Below, in pieces: positions 51,714-64,000 of a stretch of DNA of 64,000 bases; positions within the stretch are counted from its first letter, which is position 1, and every line of letters begins with the position of its first letter. The DNA is from Adineta vaga (lineage: Eukaryota; Animalia; Rotifera): contig CP075492.1 of the NCBI GenBank assembly GCA_021613535.1, positions 19,902,001-19,966,000 of the forward strand, given 5' to 3'. The translations under genes and the position numbers were made by a program. The notes under the pieces are model-generated. The model was given only the letters and a program-made list of their open reading frames with translations, did no database searches and was not told where the DNA came from.

Positions 51714-53275
51714 AAATCACTGTACAAAATTATCTTTTCACAAAATATTCTAAACTATAAAATTTCATGTTATACGGAATATATTTACTCATCATTATTT
51801 AAAGTCATACATTTCTTTGTTATTAAAATATAATTCATTTTATTTATTACTTGTTTGTTTATTGTGTTTAGTATTAAATGTAAATGAATTCTAATTCTTA
51901 CAAGATTCCATAATTTATTTCATACAATCTATTTTTTCTGAGAATGTAAGAGTAACATATACCTACACATAAATTTCATCTTCGCTCATCCTTTTTTTCT
52001 CTCTTCATGATTAATGTAACTCAACAAATGAATGGAAATGTTTTGCAAGACGATGAATGTAATCGAATCCACGTTATCGAATCATTCGTTCACAAATACA
52101 CCGTAGATTGAGGGTGTGAATGATGCTAACAGGATATGTACTCATATCTACACCCTCTTGAATGTGATTCTCATCTATATAATAACTTATTTTTGATAAT
52201 GTTAGTTTAATTTTATCGAAATGTCGAATAAAATTCATATAAATAAACAAATACTAATTAAAACCGCTATAGCTCTCCAATTTTTATTCTGAATTTTGCC
52301 CTTGACAAGAGCATTACACAAGAATTTCTTTTTTAGCTGTATCACCATGTTTTCAGAAACGTGACGAATTTAAAACAATTCGTCGACAATGTCGTTCGTC
52401 AAACGCTTCGGAAGTCTTACTCATTTCGTGAAGCATTCAAGCGATACTATAGATTTCATGCAAGAAAAAAGTGAATGTTTACGACGTGATATTGATGTTG
52501 AACAGTCATTTTTTTCATCGTTTTGATTTTATTGATAAAAAAATGTCAAGATGTTTTTGACGATTATTATGGTGATGATACAAAACTTATCGAAGAAGTA
52601 CAAAAACTCCATCTAATTATCCTAGGCGAACACAGTTCAAAACACAAAAACATCAACGTTTGACTTTAATATTAAAATATGTATCTCGCAATATCCTCTA
52701 ACATAAGTTTTTATCTTTGTGAGCCTGTCTGCATGGCTCTCGAGTGATGTATATAAAAAAGAACGAAAAGAGAATCACTCCCCGTATACTGTGTCAGAAC
52801 ACACATATATACCGGGAAGAAAAAGAAAACAAAGAGAAAGAATGGTATCAAAGATAACATTCTTTCACGAAACAAACAAAAGGGATGACTGTAACACTCC
52901 ATGAATCAAAAGGATGATGAAGAATGTATCCAGACGTGACATGGTAGAGAGGAAGAGAGAAGAACAATAGCGAGAACACTCGTCATCGCTAACAATCTTG
53001 TTCCTTTTTTGTTATAGTGAGTAGTTTCGAATATTTGATCAAACAATTTAAAAAAAAATGTTATATTCATTATTGTTTCTGCAAAATTCGAGATGAAATA
53101 AAAGTTATTCTATATGGCTATTTGAACTGATACTTGTTTTTCAATACGAATGAATTACTGATAAAACACAATAAGTCATACGAAGAAAGGCTGTAGTTTC
53201 TATTAGATTTTGTAGTTTTATCGTTTTTTTTTTCTCAAGAATCTTTATGTTTTTGATCATTTTAGTCATAATATG

Positions 53276-53330
53276 TGAGGGTGTGGGTGAGGGTGTAACT
53301 ATAGCAGAGAGAGACCAACACCCACACCCT
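53276..53330. repeat. Short inverted pair of telomere-like motifs (GAGGGTGTGGG...CACCCACACCC); similar elements at 51549, 52109, 60682 and 61275
   Basis: Direct reading of five 50-70 bp elements that begin gagggtgtg; most end in its complement. Confidence 0.6.
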
Positions 53331-53915
53331 TGAAATCACTTGAGCGATTGCAAAGATATATCAATTACAAAAGTTCTGCAAACTTTTTGTGATACCTTAT
53401 TTAGAAAAATGGAGATATTGTTGATAAGTAACCATCACTACAGTTTGTTCTAATAATGCCTTTTCTTCTAATATTATTTGTTAAAAAATCCCTTGCTTTA
53501 TCATATTCATTGATCACCTTAAAAAAAACTCTTATAATAGAATTAGAGATTCATGAGCAACTTTTATCTTTTTCTTTACTAACTAATTTTAATTCATCAT
53601 ACTATGTACCATGAAGTTATTCAACAAATCGGATTAAAAAAAAAGAAAATCTTTCATTTTCATTTAATATAAAACTGACGTGACTAAATATTAGTAAATG
53701 ACTATCAAAGTTAATTTATATCTACAAACTTTCTCAATTTTATTATTGATAGAACACGATTAAATGGTATATGTATATATGTATTTATGTCACATTATAT
53801 TTGTTCAAACATAGGCATCATGTCTATTTAGCAAAAAAAAATTATCATTCTCTTTTGCAACATTATTTATTAATAATCCTTTATAAGATTAGAAGGCATA
53901 TTATATGATCAAGCA

Positions 53916-56900
53916 ATGTATATATTCTTCATATATTTCAGTTCTATACAAATTTGTTATAGTACATTTTCTTATCCCGAAGTTTTACTTTATAAAACAA
54001 GAAATCGTCAATTTTCTGATAAAAAACTTGAAACAAATTGTTTTTATTATTCCGGTCTAACATTTGATCGTGTCTATACTTTGGTACCATATTGTTTTCG
54101 TTCATCTGATAATTTCGTATATATATCATCTATGTCAAATGGTATATCGTTTGAAGATTTATATAAACGAAATATTACAAGTAAACTTTTATTGAAGAAT
54201 TTTGCTTCAATTGATACAATAGAAGATTATGAAATATATTGGCAAAAACGTCAATTGAATCTAAATACAAATGATTCAGATAAAAATCTTTATTTTATAT
54301 GTGATTCACTTTCATTTGGTATTGAATGTCAATATCATTTGATTGCGAAAGGAACTATAAGACAAATAATAAATGAGTTAAATAAATGGAAAAAAACTTC
54401 AAACGTATCAGATATATTAGCTGAAACTCATGGAACTTGTATAGAAGGAATTCAATGTGATGGACGTGATATTTGTCTTGATTGGCGAGAAATATGTAAT
54501 GGTATGTTATAATAATATCAACAATTCTATATATACATATATCTATTCATTTCTCTATAGGACATGTTGATTGTCTCAATTATAAAGATGAAGAGTTTTG
54601 TAATGAACTTGAAATAAATGAATGTGATCCTCAAACAGAATATCGTTGTTCAAATGGTCTATGTATTTCACATCATTTTTTCTATGATCTTATTCCCGAT
54701 TGTTTGGATAAAAGCGATGAATCAGAACATGATCTATGTTTTGATGGTGATATGGCTTGGACCTGTGAAAATGCTATGTGTGCTCCATACCATCACACTA
54801 GAACCAAAGACAGTTTCTTAAAAACGTTCAGTTGTGGTGATGGTCAATGCACACAAATTACATTTACCGATTCAACAAGCGTTTCCCAACGGTATTCTTT
54901 TAGATGTATCAATGGTCGAGATATAGTCTATAGTAGACAACTATTCGAATCTACAAATGAATGTTTAGATTATTTAAAATGTTCTTTAAACTTTAATCTG
55001 TTTTATTCTGAATGTCGAAAATTATGTTCTTCGGAATTTCTTTGTAACATGAAAGCCAAACCAAAGTGTATCAATCAATCGTTAATAATGTATCCATTAA
55101 AACCTGTCTACGATAATCATGTATTCTTTATTTATACACTGAATAGAACACTATCTTTGCATTTGAATATAATACCTTCATTTATTTGTTTTGATTCAAT
55201 ACGATGTTCACAATATAGAATAACAAATACTATTAATAATCGTACATGTTCAGATATTAATCAATTTGAAGCATTTCATCAGAGGAAACAATATGTTTTT
55301 TGGAAAGATGTTTTTACAGTATTGCAAATTATTTTTGGTGGATGTTCATTACCAGGTAAATAAAACATATTTGTTTCGTTGATTTTTTCAATTAAATTCT
55401 ACTTTTATATAGGATTAATGGTTAAGAAAGATTCTGATTGTTCACATTTATCATTATTTCATTGTCAAAATTCATCAAAATGTATATCAAAATATCGATT
55501 ACAAGATAATATAATCGATTGTTATAATAATACAGATGAAGATTACAATGATACATGTGATCTTGCACTTCCTCACCGATTTCAATGTAAATCAGAAAAA
55601 CGATGTATACCTCGTCGTTTGTTTTTAGACTTTTCTAAACATTGTATTGATGGTTCGGATGAATCTTTGACGACAAACTGTCAGACTTCATTCAGTGAAT
55701 CTTGTGATATTCTAGCTGGACGTAAAGAAATTAATCAAATTGTTTCTTTTGCTGATATATGTGATGGTATAGAACGTATTCAACCTACATATGAAGACAA
55801 AAATACAGATGAAACAGATTGTAATGAATATTCTTGTGTATCAGAATATACTCTATGTGATGGACAAATGAATTGTCCTGATGGACGTGATGAAATATTT
55901 TGTGAAAATACTGTATCAACATTAATATGCAATATTGATAAAGAACAAACCTTTTGTGTTCAACAGAATGGTAGTGTTACAAACTACTGTGCTTCTATGA
56001 ATGTTATTGGTGATCAAAAAGTGGATTGTTTAGGATCAAGTGATGAACGTGATCATTGTCGAATAAAGTATCCGTATGAATTTAACCGACGTTACAGATG
56101 TAAGTTTTCAATTAATCTATACATATAATTATAAAGACGAAGAAATTAATATATTTAGGTTTAAATGATTCAACATGTATAACTCCACATCAAATTTGTG
56201 ATTGTCATGCAGATTGTCCTTTAAAAGATGATGAAAGTTATCCATTATGTCCTTGGAAAAGTGGTAAATGTAATCCGGAAATACTTCCATGTCAAGGTGA
56301 CATGCCAATTATATTTCGAGGGAATCGGTGCAATGGTATATTTGATTGTTACAACTATTTAGACGAATGGTTATGTGATTTATTGGATCGACCATCGATT
56401 GATTCATTTAAACTCCAGAGACTATCTTATTTCAAACCAATTCTTCCACAAAATCTTCAACGATCTCTTAATCTATATACATATCGAAGTTGGTATTGTA
56501 ATCGAGGTATGCCGATTCGATTTATAAAAGATCCTGAACATTTTCAATGTTTATGTCCTCCTGCTTATTATGGAAATCGATGTGAATATCAACGAAAACG
56601 ATTAAATCTTATACTTGAACTTAATGCTCCAACATTAATTGAACGAACAAGTATTTTTAAACTTATAGTTTTTCTTATTGAAACATCTAATTATACAATT
56701 GTATCACAAGCAGATGAAATTATTTATTTACCATCATCACAATGTTTACCAAAACATATTATTGATTTATTATATCCAATTAAATGGAGATACGATATTA
56801 AACATTATGTTCATATTCAAATTTACCGTTTAACAAATTCTTTTATAGAATATCGAGGTTCATGGTTTTTCTCAATTAAATTTGAATTTCTTTATGTAAA

Positions 56901-58857
56901 TCGTATTGCTTCACAGATAATGTTATTAGAAAAAAATTCAGTTAAAAATTGTCAAAATTTACCTTGTCTACATGGTTTATGTGAATTATATTTAAATTTT
57001 CCTGAACATTCATTTTGTCATTGTGAATCTGGTTGGTCCGGTCGTTTATGTAATATAAAACATTTACAAGAATGTGATTGTGCTCCTCAATCATTATGTG
57101 TTAGTCCTGGTACATGTATTTGTCCTTTATATAAAATTGGTTCACGATGTTATATTGATTTTAATCCATGTATAGATAATCCTTGTGGAAAACATGGTAT
57201 ATGTGTTTCACTCGATATTCAATCAATTCGATCGTACTGTTTTTGTGACGAAGGATATTTTGGTAGAAGATGTGAACAGATTTCATCTCATTTAAAAGTA
57301 AAATTTTCATCTTCAATTATTATTCCATCAGCTATTTTAGTTCATTTTATAACATTATTTGATAAAACAGATCATCAAACAAATTCATATTTTAAACGAA
57401 TTCGTTTATATGAAAGTGAAACAGATGTATTTTATCCGATGAATTATCTTCCAACGATAATTTTTATTCAACTTATAATTGAAAAAAATTCTTTTCCATT
57501 ATATCTTGTTTTTCGTGATTCTTTTCAAACACCATTATTATTAAATGAAATTACAATAGAAATTACTAATTCAAATCGATGTCCTCATATAAATGAATTT
57601 TTTGATAAAGATTTTCCATATTTACCTTATCTTTATCGTGTTAAATTTTATCAACGTCCATGTCGTCAAAAGAACGAGAATTTCTTATGTTTTTATGATA
57701 ATATACAGATTTGTTTCTGTAATCAATTTAATGAAACTGAGTGTTTTCCATTTATTTCAATGAATAATACAGCACAATGTACAAATGAATATAATCCATG
57801 TGAGAATAATGGACAATGTATACAAGATAAACAACGATGTCCAACAACAAGTATATGTTTATGTCCTGAATGTACATTTGGTAGTTTATGTCAATTTAAT
57901 ACACGTGGATATATATTTTCTTTAAATACAATTATTGGACCATATATTAAACCAAACATTTCATTAATAAATCAATCAAAAAGTATTTTAATTGGTTTAA
58001 TTATTTGTTGTATACTTTTTTTATTTGGTATTATTGATGGATTATGTTCTATTATAACATTTTCTCAATTAACTATTCGACAAACTGGACGTGGTATTTA
58101 TTTATTAAGTTCATCTTTAATATCATTTTTAACAATACTTATATGTCTTATTCAATATATTTTGATACTTTTTCAACAAATTAATCAATCAAATTCTTAT
58201 TATAGTTGTGTTATTATTGAATATTTAATAAAATGTTTTCCAATTACTTGTGATTGGTTACAAGCATGTTTATCAATTGAAAATGTATCGATTATTTTAT
58301 TGGGAATCAAATTTCGTCAAAAGATTAGTTATAAAATAGCGAAATATATAGCAAGTGGAGTCTTTTTATGTGTAATTCTTATATCATTATATGATCCATT
58401 GCATCGTCATTTATTATATGATGAATTTGAAAAAAGAACATATTGTGTTGTTTCATATTCAACAAAATTTCTTAAATCGTATGATTCGACAATGAATTTA
58501 ATTCATTTTATTGGACCATTTATTATAAATGTTATATGTTCAATAGTTATGATTATTCTTAGTACTCGAATCAAAGCTCGAACAAATCAGAATTATAAAA
58601 TACAATTTTATAATAATATTAAAAAACATAAACATTTAATAATTAGTCCAATTCTATTAGTTCTTCTAATGATACCAAGATTAATTATAACATTTCATAC
58701 GACATGTATAAGACCAACACGAAATTCTTATCCTTATTTAGTTATGATTGGATATTTTATATCCTATTTACCATATATATTAACAAGTATTATTTTTATT
58801 TTGCCATCAACAATTTATAAAAAACAACTTTCGACATTATTAAAACGATTTGTTTAA
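53916..58857 (+). CDS. LDL-receptor class A / EGF repeat protein with a C-terminal rhodopsin-like 7TM domain (about 1588 aa)
   Basis: Exons 53916-54501, 54561-55355, 55413-56099 and 56159-58857 join in frame (4767 nt). Signal peptide, many LDLa motifs (CDGxxxCxDGxDE), EGF motifs (CLCPPAYYGNRCE, CHCESGWSGRLC) and seven hydrophobic helices at the C-terminus. Confidence 0.88.
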
Positions 58858-60058
58858 TGTTAATCTTTACCGAGGATGAAAGCGAGTGACGCGCTAAGAT
58901 CGAAATGTGTTTTGATAGTTTTTTTATATTCACCCTTACTTGCAGTGTTTATATAAATCTAGAACAGTTGAAGAGTTGTTTGTATAGTTTTCAATATGGA
59001 TTTGGTTACTCTGTTATCATTTGTGGAAAGTTAATGATCAATAAAGAAATAAATCCATATTCAAATCTGTACTATAGACTCATTCAGAAATCAGAGTATA
59101 TATATACCTATGCAGCTCGCACATTTTCATTCTCTGTATATTGGCAGATTGCTTTATTGATCTATTAATATGCGATAACATCATTATACAGCTTTATATT
59201 CATTTTATTTCTCAAAAGCAAAATAAAGATGAAAGACAAGAGATTTTTTTATCGATATTTAATTTAAATCATTATTTGAGTATAACATTTAATGATAGGA
59301 GTAGATGAAAAGAATAAAAAGCATCCTCATCCTTCTATCTAAATCCTGAATATACATAATCAATATTGAAAAAGAGAAGAAAGTATAAACACATGATAAT
59401 AAGAGAAAATAAAGAAGTAGGGATAAGAAAAATTGTATGAAGATAAAACGAAAGAACAAGTTTATTCTTGATGGTTCTATGTCGATTCAGTTTAAAGGTG
59501 GTTTTATTTCCAATTGATTATTATCTATTTCAACAGCATCTGAGATTCACGATAAAACTAGAGAATATTGTTCTTCACCAGTAGAGATTTTTGTCGTTTT
59601 CTATAATAGATCATAAGCTGAATCATGTTTATATTTGATAATTAAATTCAGATCTTGAGAGTGTGGACACTGATGGTGGGGATAAGAGCGTGAAGGACGA
59701 GAGGGTTCAAGATAGTATCGGTGTGCGGAAACACTGATGCCATTGATAAATCCGTAATGAATAAATAAAGCCCTCAAAAAAAACGTCCCGGTATGCTCTC
59801 TCATCCTCAAGAGTATTTACGATGCAAAGATATTCTAATTTGTCGAGCATACGATTAGATAATAAATTATTGTATTTATTATACCGAAATGTCACTAGTT
59901 TAGTGCAGAGAACTGAATTAGATCATGTCGAATAAGTACACAAGTGAGAAAACTACGATATAATGATCTCGATTAAAATCAAACTTTATTTAAAAATCAT
60001 GACAACTTAGTCTCATATCATACAATAGTTCTTTAGAATGGTAACAAATATTTTTATT

Positions 60059-60600
60059 TTAAGCACAAATTACTTCTGAATAACCACTAGGACAGCTTTT
60101 GCATAAACAGTTGTTGACGAATGTACCATCGTAATCAGTAAAAGGGACACAAACACCAGTCCCACAGTTCTTATAACCTGTAGAAATATAAGATGTAAAA
60201 TACATAAATGACTTTCTGTTAATCATCTAATGAAGAAGACGTTCAGTGGAAGCTTTCGAAATGTATCAAATCTTTTGTTTTGGTATCTGATTTTTCGTAA
60301 CTCTTGACAATTCTAAGTGATTCAATTTTGTGCACCGTCTCTTTCATTCTATGTTTAGAAGAAAGCTGTCTGGGGTGTAACAAGTCGAGGAGAAGAAGTA
60401 AAATAACAAAAAATTAGTATTTTTCCTTACCAACACATTTGCCGTAACAGTTGTTACTGTTACATGTTCGAGATTGACCTTGAACAACTAAAAGACGAAT
60501 GATACAGGCAACAATCATAAATCGAAACGATTTAATACATACCAATAACAAAGCTAAATATCAAGAAAAATGAAATTAGTGCTTGAAGTAGAAGACGCAT
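60059..60600 (-). CDS. Secreted CS-alpha-beta defensin-like peptide of ASABF type (77 aa, 3 exons)
   Basis: Exons 60600-60543, 60487-60431 and 60177-60059 with GT-AG introns of 55 and 253 bp give MRLLLQALISFFLIFSFVIVVQG-QSRTCNSNNCYGKCVGYKNCGTGVCVPFTDYDGTFVNNCLCKSCPSGYSEVICA*. Confidence 0.82.
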
Positions 60601-60660
60601 GATGTCGTATGCATTCGAATATGATGAGTTTTGTGTGTTACTAGTTGAAACACGGTGACA

Positions 60661-60667
60661 ATTTATA
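60661..60667 (-). promoter_or_regulatory. Candidate TATA box of the defensin-like gene
   Basis: TATAAAT on the minus strand about 60 nt upstream of the ATG. Confidence 0.4.
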
Positions 60668-61793
60668 TGGTATTCGCATCTTGAGGGTGTGGGTGTTCCC
60701 TTCATCTTCATCTACGACCACATCCATACACACCCTCACACCCTCCTTTTACTAATATCTGCGTACTATTTCGATGTATATTATTAGCAGTGAGTTCTTC
60801 CATTAATTTCAACAGACCAAACGAAGCTATACGACTGGCAATGTTGCTCAAAAATTCGACTCACTCATTATAGTTTTATTCGATATTATCATTCGTGCAG
60901 GTCACGAAAGTGATGCTTTTGAGTACTCGATTCCGCTTCTAAATTTTATTCATCAATGCAACATAAGATTGGATGATTATTTTAGCAGTTTATTTAATAA
61001 TAACTCAACTTTTAAAACCGATTCGGACGTCCTATAAAGTATACCTTTTTTCTTTTCGTTTTCTTCTTCATATTGTGAAACAACGTTTAACATTCACAAA
61101 ATTAAACTGACAACAAAGGAAAATAGTTATAAACATATTTCGGATAAACTGTAGAATGTTGAATAGTTGATCGTTTTATTTTAGCACAATTACGTCGCGT
61201 TTCATCTCGCGTAAAGTTTCTTGTTACCTTTTCCAACTCATCATGCTACATTTTTAATTCAGTTAAACAAGGTAGAGGGTGTGGGTGTGGGTGTGGTAAC
61301 GAAGAAACAAATCCACAGCCTATAACCAAAACCAATAGAGGAAAAAATTTATTGAATTTAGAAATAAACGTGCAGATGTAAAGACACTCTGTATAATACT
61401 GATAATTAAATGATTTGATGAATATAAGATTAAATATACATCCACATTTGTTATACGATTTTTTTAGAAAATAGAAAGGTTTGCAATGGTAATAGATTGC
61501 TTGCGAATGACATTATACCAAGTATAAAAAGTACAATTGTTTCATCGTATAAATTACTATCTCTTATATTTTCTTTCGATACTTCATAGACCCAAAGATT
61601 TCTTGAATACCGTTGAATTTCACATTGATTACCTATAAAACATCTGTTAACACAATAATATCACTTTCCCACTGATATCGTTATTTTTTACTTTCTTTCA
61701 TTTCTCTCCAATGTAAGCTTATGTTGCATTGTGAAGGAACTATATAATAATTTCAGAAATCATTAAAAAGAGTAAATAGACTGAAAAAGTATT

Positions 61794-63182
61794 TCACACG
61801 ACTTCATTCTGCCCTCCAGAATAATACTTTAACTCAATCAAATCATGTGGTACAGTTTTACCATTCCAGGCTTTGTGAATGGCAATAGCAGCACCAACAG
61901 CTGTTGCTTGAGCCATCGATGTCGCATAGACTTCCAATTGGTGGAATTCCAGCGCAAGAAGATGCATAAACACACTGTTTTTACTAAACCCACCGTCGAC
62001 AAAGATCCGTTGCACTTTACAATCCTGTAGCACATAGTTGGTAGATATGGTTTGCTGCTCCACTATGTCAATCATGAGTTGGTGATAAGCCTCAATATCA
62101 TTGGTGAAATCATCCAGATAACGTTGCTCAAAAACAGACTTCTGCAGCTGACCATTCTGCTTATGACTGTGCAGTGAAGTTTGCACTTTGAGTTTGGTAA
62201 CTATATCTGGATCGTAATTAATGGTGTGGTAACGAATTATGTCTTGGGTAAAGTGGGTGGCAATGCGTTCTACCTGCTGCTCGTATTCGTATCCTGTGAA
62301 CAGACGGGATGCTTTTACGGTGCTACCTTTGTATTGCAGATAATTGAGACAGTCATTCTTCAGCTGATCAGCAGTGAGTGGCGTTTGGTTAAAAGGATTT
62401 AAACTGATGGACCATGTACCGGTTGATATCAACACAAAAGTCATATTGAAGCTCACCAAATAGGGGATAAGTGCTGCCGAGCTGTCATGCAGCCCAACGC
62501 CAACACAGCAAGTACTTCCTGGAAGCACTGAGGGCCACACGCTGTCTGCAGTTTGTAAAGGGGCCATTTTTGGCAGGATGTCTTCATCGTTTACCCATAA
62601 GTGGTAATTATTAATGCTGAAATCCCAGAGTGCTGTATGACAGCCGATGCTGGTGAGATCGGCAACCATTTGACCGCTGAGGAGATAGCTCATGTATTGA
62701 GGTAGGTGCAAGGCGTACTTGAGCTTTTTGAAAACTTCAGGTTGTTTGTATTTTAACCGGTAAAGTTGTAAACCCGAATTTAGACTACCTAAAATCGGCG
62801 ACGCAGTTTTTTGGGCAAATTTGGCTTCGTCGCCATAGATATCGTAAAATTGTTTGCTCAGTTCAGACGGATAGGGCTTCAGATAATTATATAGCGGAGT
62901 TAACGGCGTTCCATCTTCATCGACATAAACAAAACTAGCACCATAGGCAGAAAAATTTACCGCTTTTAGATCGAACTCTTTATGCTTGAAGATCTCGCGC
63001 AGCGAATCAAATACCCATAGGCGCAGGCTGTCAAGATTTTCGCATGGATAATCATCTTCGTCATGAGTTTCCGGAAAGCGAGCAGTCCGTTCAAAAGCTA
63101 TCTTGTAGTTGTCGTCAAATAGAAACAGCTTTTTATTGGTTTTACCTATATCAAAAATAGCTATAACAGGTTTTAGCGCCAT
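61794..63182 (-). CDS. FGGY-family carbohydrate kinase (rhamnulokinase/fuculokinase-like), bacterial type, intronless, 462 aa
   Basis: N-terminal AIFDIGKTNKK phosphate loop, GLHDSSAAL, STGTW, FVDGGFSKN and ATAVGAA. Start placed at MALKPV (63182), not the upstream ATG. Visibly higher GC than the flanks. Confidence 0.88.
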   Translation of the reverse strand: MALKPVIAIFDIGKTNKKLFLFDDNYKIAFERTARFPETHDEDDYPCENLDSLRLWVFDSLREIFKHKEFDLKAVNFSAYGASFVYVDEDGTPLTPLYNYLKPYPSELSKQFYDIYGDEAKFAQKTASPILGSLNSGLQLYRLKYKQPEVFKKLKYALHLPQYMSYLLSGQMVADLTSIGCHTALWDFSINNYHLWVNDEDILPKMAPLQTADSVWPSVLPGSTCCVGVGLHDSSAALIPYLVSFNMTFVLISTGTWSISLNPFNQTPLTADQLKNDCLNYLQYKGSTVKASRLFTGYEYEQQVERIATHFTQDIIRYHTINYDPDIVTKLKVQTSLHSHKQNGQLQKSVFEQRYLDDFTNDIEAYHQLMIDIVEQQTISTNYVLQDCKVQRIFVDGGFSKNSVFMHLLALEFHQLEVYATSMAQATAVGAAIAIHKAWNGKTVPHDLIELKYYSGGQNEVV

Positions 63183-64000
63183 ACTTGGTAATCCGGTTAA
63201 TATTTGGTTTGGCCTGGCTCTGTTAACGCTCGAGCAAGTACTTCTTATTATGGGTCGGTAGAACCGCAAGATAAGGGATAGTCCAAAGTCGTTGTGCAAG
63301 GCGTCAGTCGAATATATAATCTGAAAAAGTGTCTTCATTGAAAGATAAAAGATATTATGCAGTGAAACGAGCGACTGACAACATGTAATATATACATCGA
63401 CACTCAGAGAAACCATATTGGAATCAGCGGTAGTGCGTTATAATTATCGCTGGTATTGATTAATCATTACTCAAAGCTATTCATAAGCAAAGGGTCCGAA
63501 AAATGTCCTAATGTTTGCAGCTTCTCCGTTCATAATATTACCACTACTCTAATTACCGAGTCGTTAACATTACTGAACATAATACAAAGAAGACATCTAG
63601 AATGATATGAATAGATAGAGGGAGTGGGTTCAGGGCTTCTGTTGATGAAAAATGTGATTTGCTGTGTGTGAGATGACGTTCTATGGTATATTGCAAGACT
63701 AAGCGGTTATTTTTCATATAACTCACTCTATCTCATCCTCTCTTTCGGCTCAGTCGAATACATTGTTATAGGGGGAGTCATTCATGCATTCAGTGATTTT
63801 GTAAGGGATGCAGTCATTTAAAACGTGAATACTTGTTCACTCTGTGTTCTTTTTCTGTGTGAGAAAAATCTTCTTTGTGAAATTTAATAAATGTTTATAT
63901 TCCATGATATTACACTCGGAAGTACTTACATGATAATATAAGAAAAGGAAATAAAGGTATTCCAGCTAGAAGCTATACAATTATGATAAGTATTAGTGCA

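Noticed and set aside
2938-62402. Short antisense or alternate-frame ORFs overlapping the NRPS, PKS and kinase, and intronic ORFs such as 12997-13368 and 22681-22944
   Set aside because: No recognisable motifs; expected by chance or as shadows of real coding frames.
63183-63416. 78-aa N-terminal extension of the kinase in the ORF track
   Set aside because: The family fold begins at MALKPVIAIFD; the extension is AT-rich in its upstream part and contains an acceptor-like site.

Overview
AT-rich eukaryotic DNA (about 30% GC by eye) with 46-63 bp GT-AG introns. The gene content (NRPS/PKS, NHL and Kelch relics, an LDLa-EGF-7TM receptor, a bacterial-type gene) points by inference to a bdelloid rotifer. 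The left 41 kb is a minus-strand biosynthetic cluster. It starts with a reducing type I PKS (KS-AT-DH-pseudoMT-ER-KR-ACP-truncated TE; 41268-32559, three reading-frame lesions). About 0.9 kb downstream is a giant intron-rich NRPS (at least 24 exons, about 6,260 aa in the window, running off the left edge). The NRPS is built from a six-exon cassette repeated four times, giving C-[C-A-T-C]x3-C-A..., so every A domain is preceded by two condensation domains. The cassettes are patchwork near-identical copies. Two of the A domains differ almost only at and around substrate-pocket residues, while the long TE-filled introns between cassettes are clearly diverged. The right 23 kb holds TE relics (Penelope-like, hAT, MULE), NHL and Kelch pseudogene fragments, a secreted Cys-rich gene with a decayed paralogue, and an intact LDLa/EGF-7TM receptor. 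It also holds a spliced ASABF-type defensin gene missed by the ORF track and an intronless, GC-richer bacterial-type FGGY sugar kinase. All exon models, domain calls and specificity codes were read by eye and need computational and RNA-seq confirmation.
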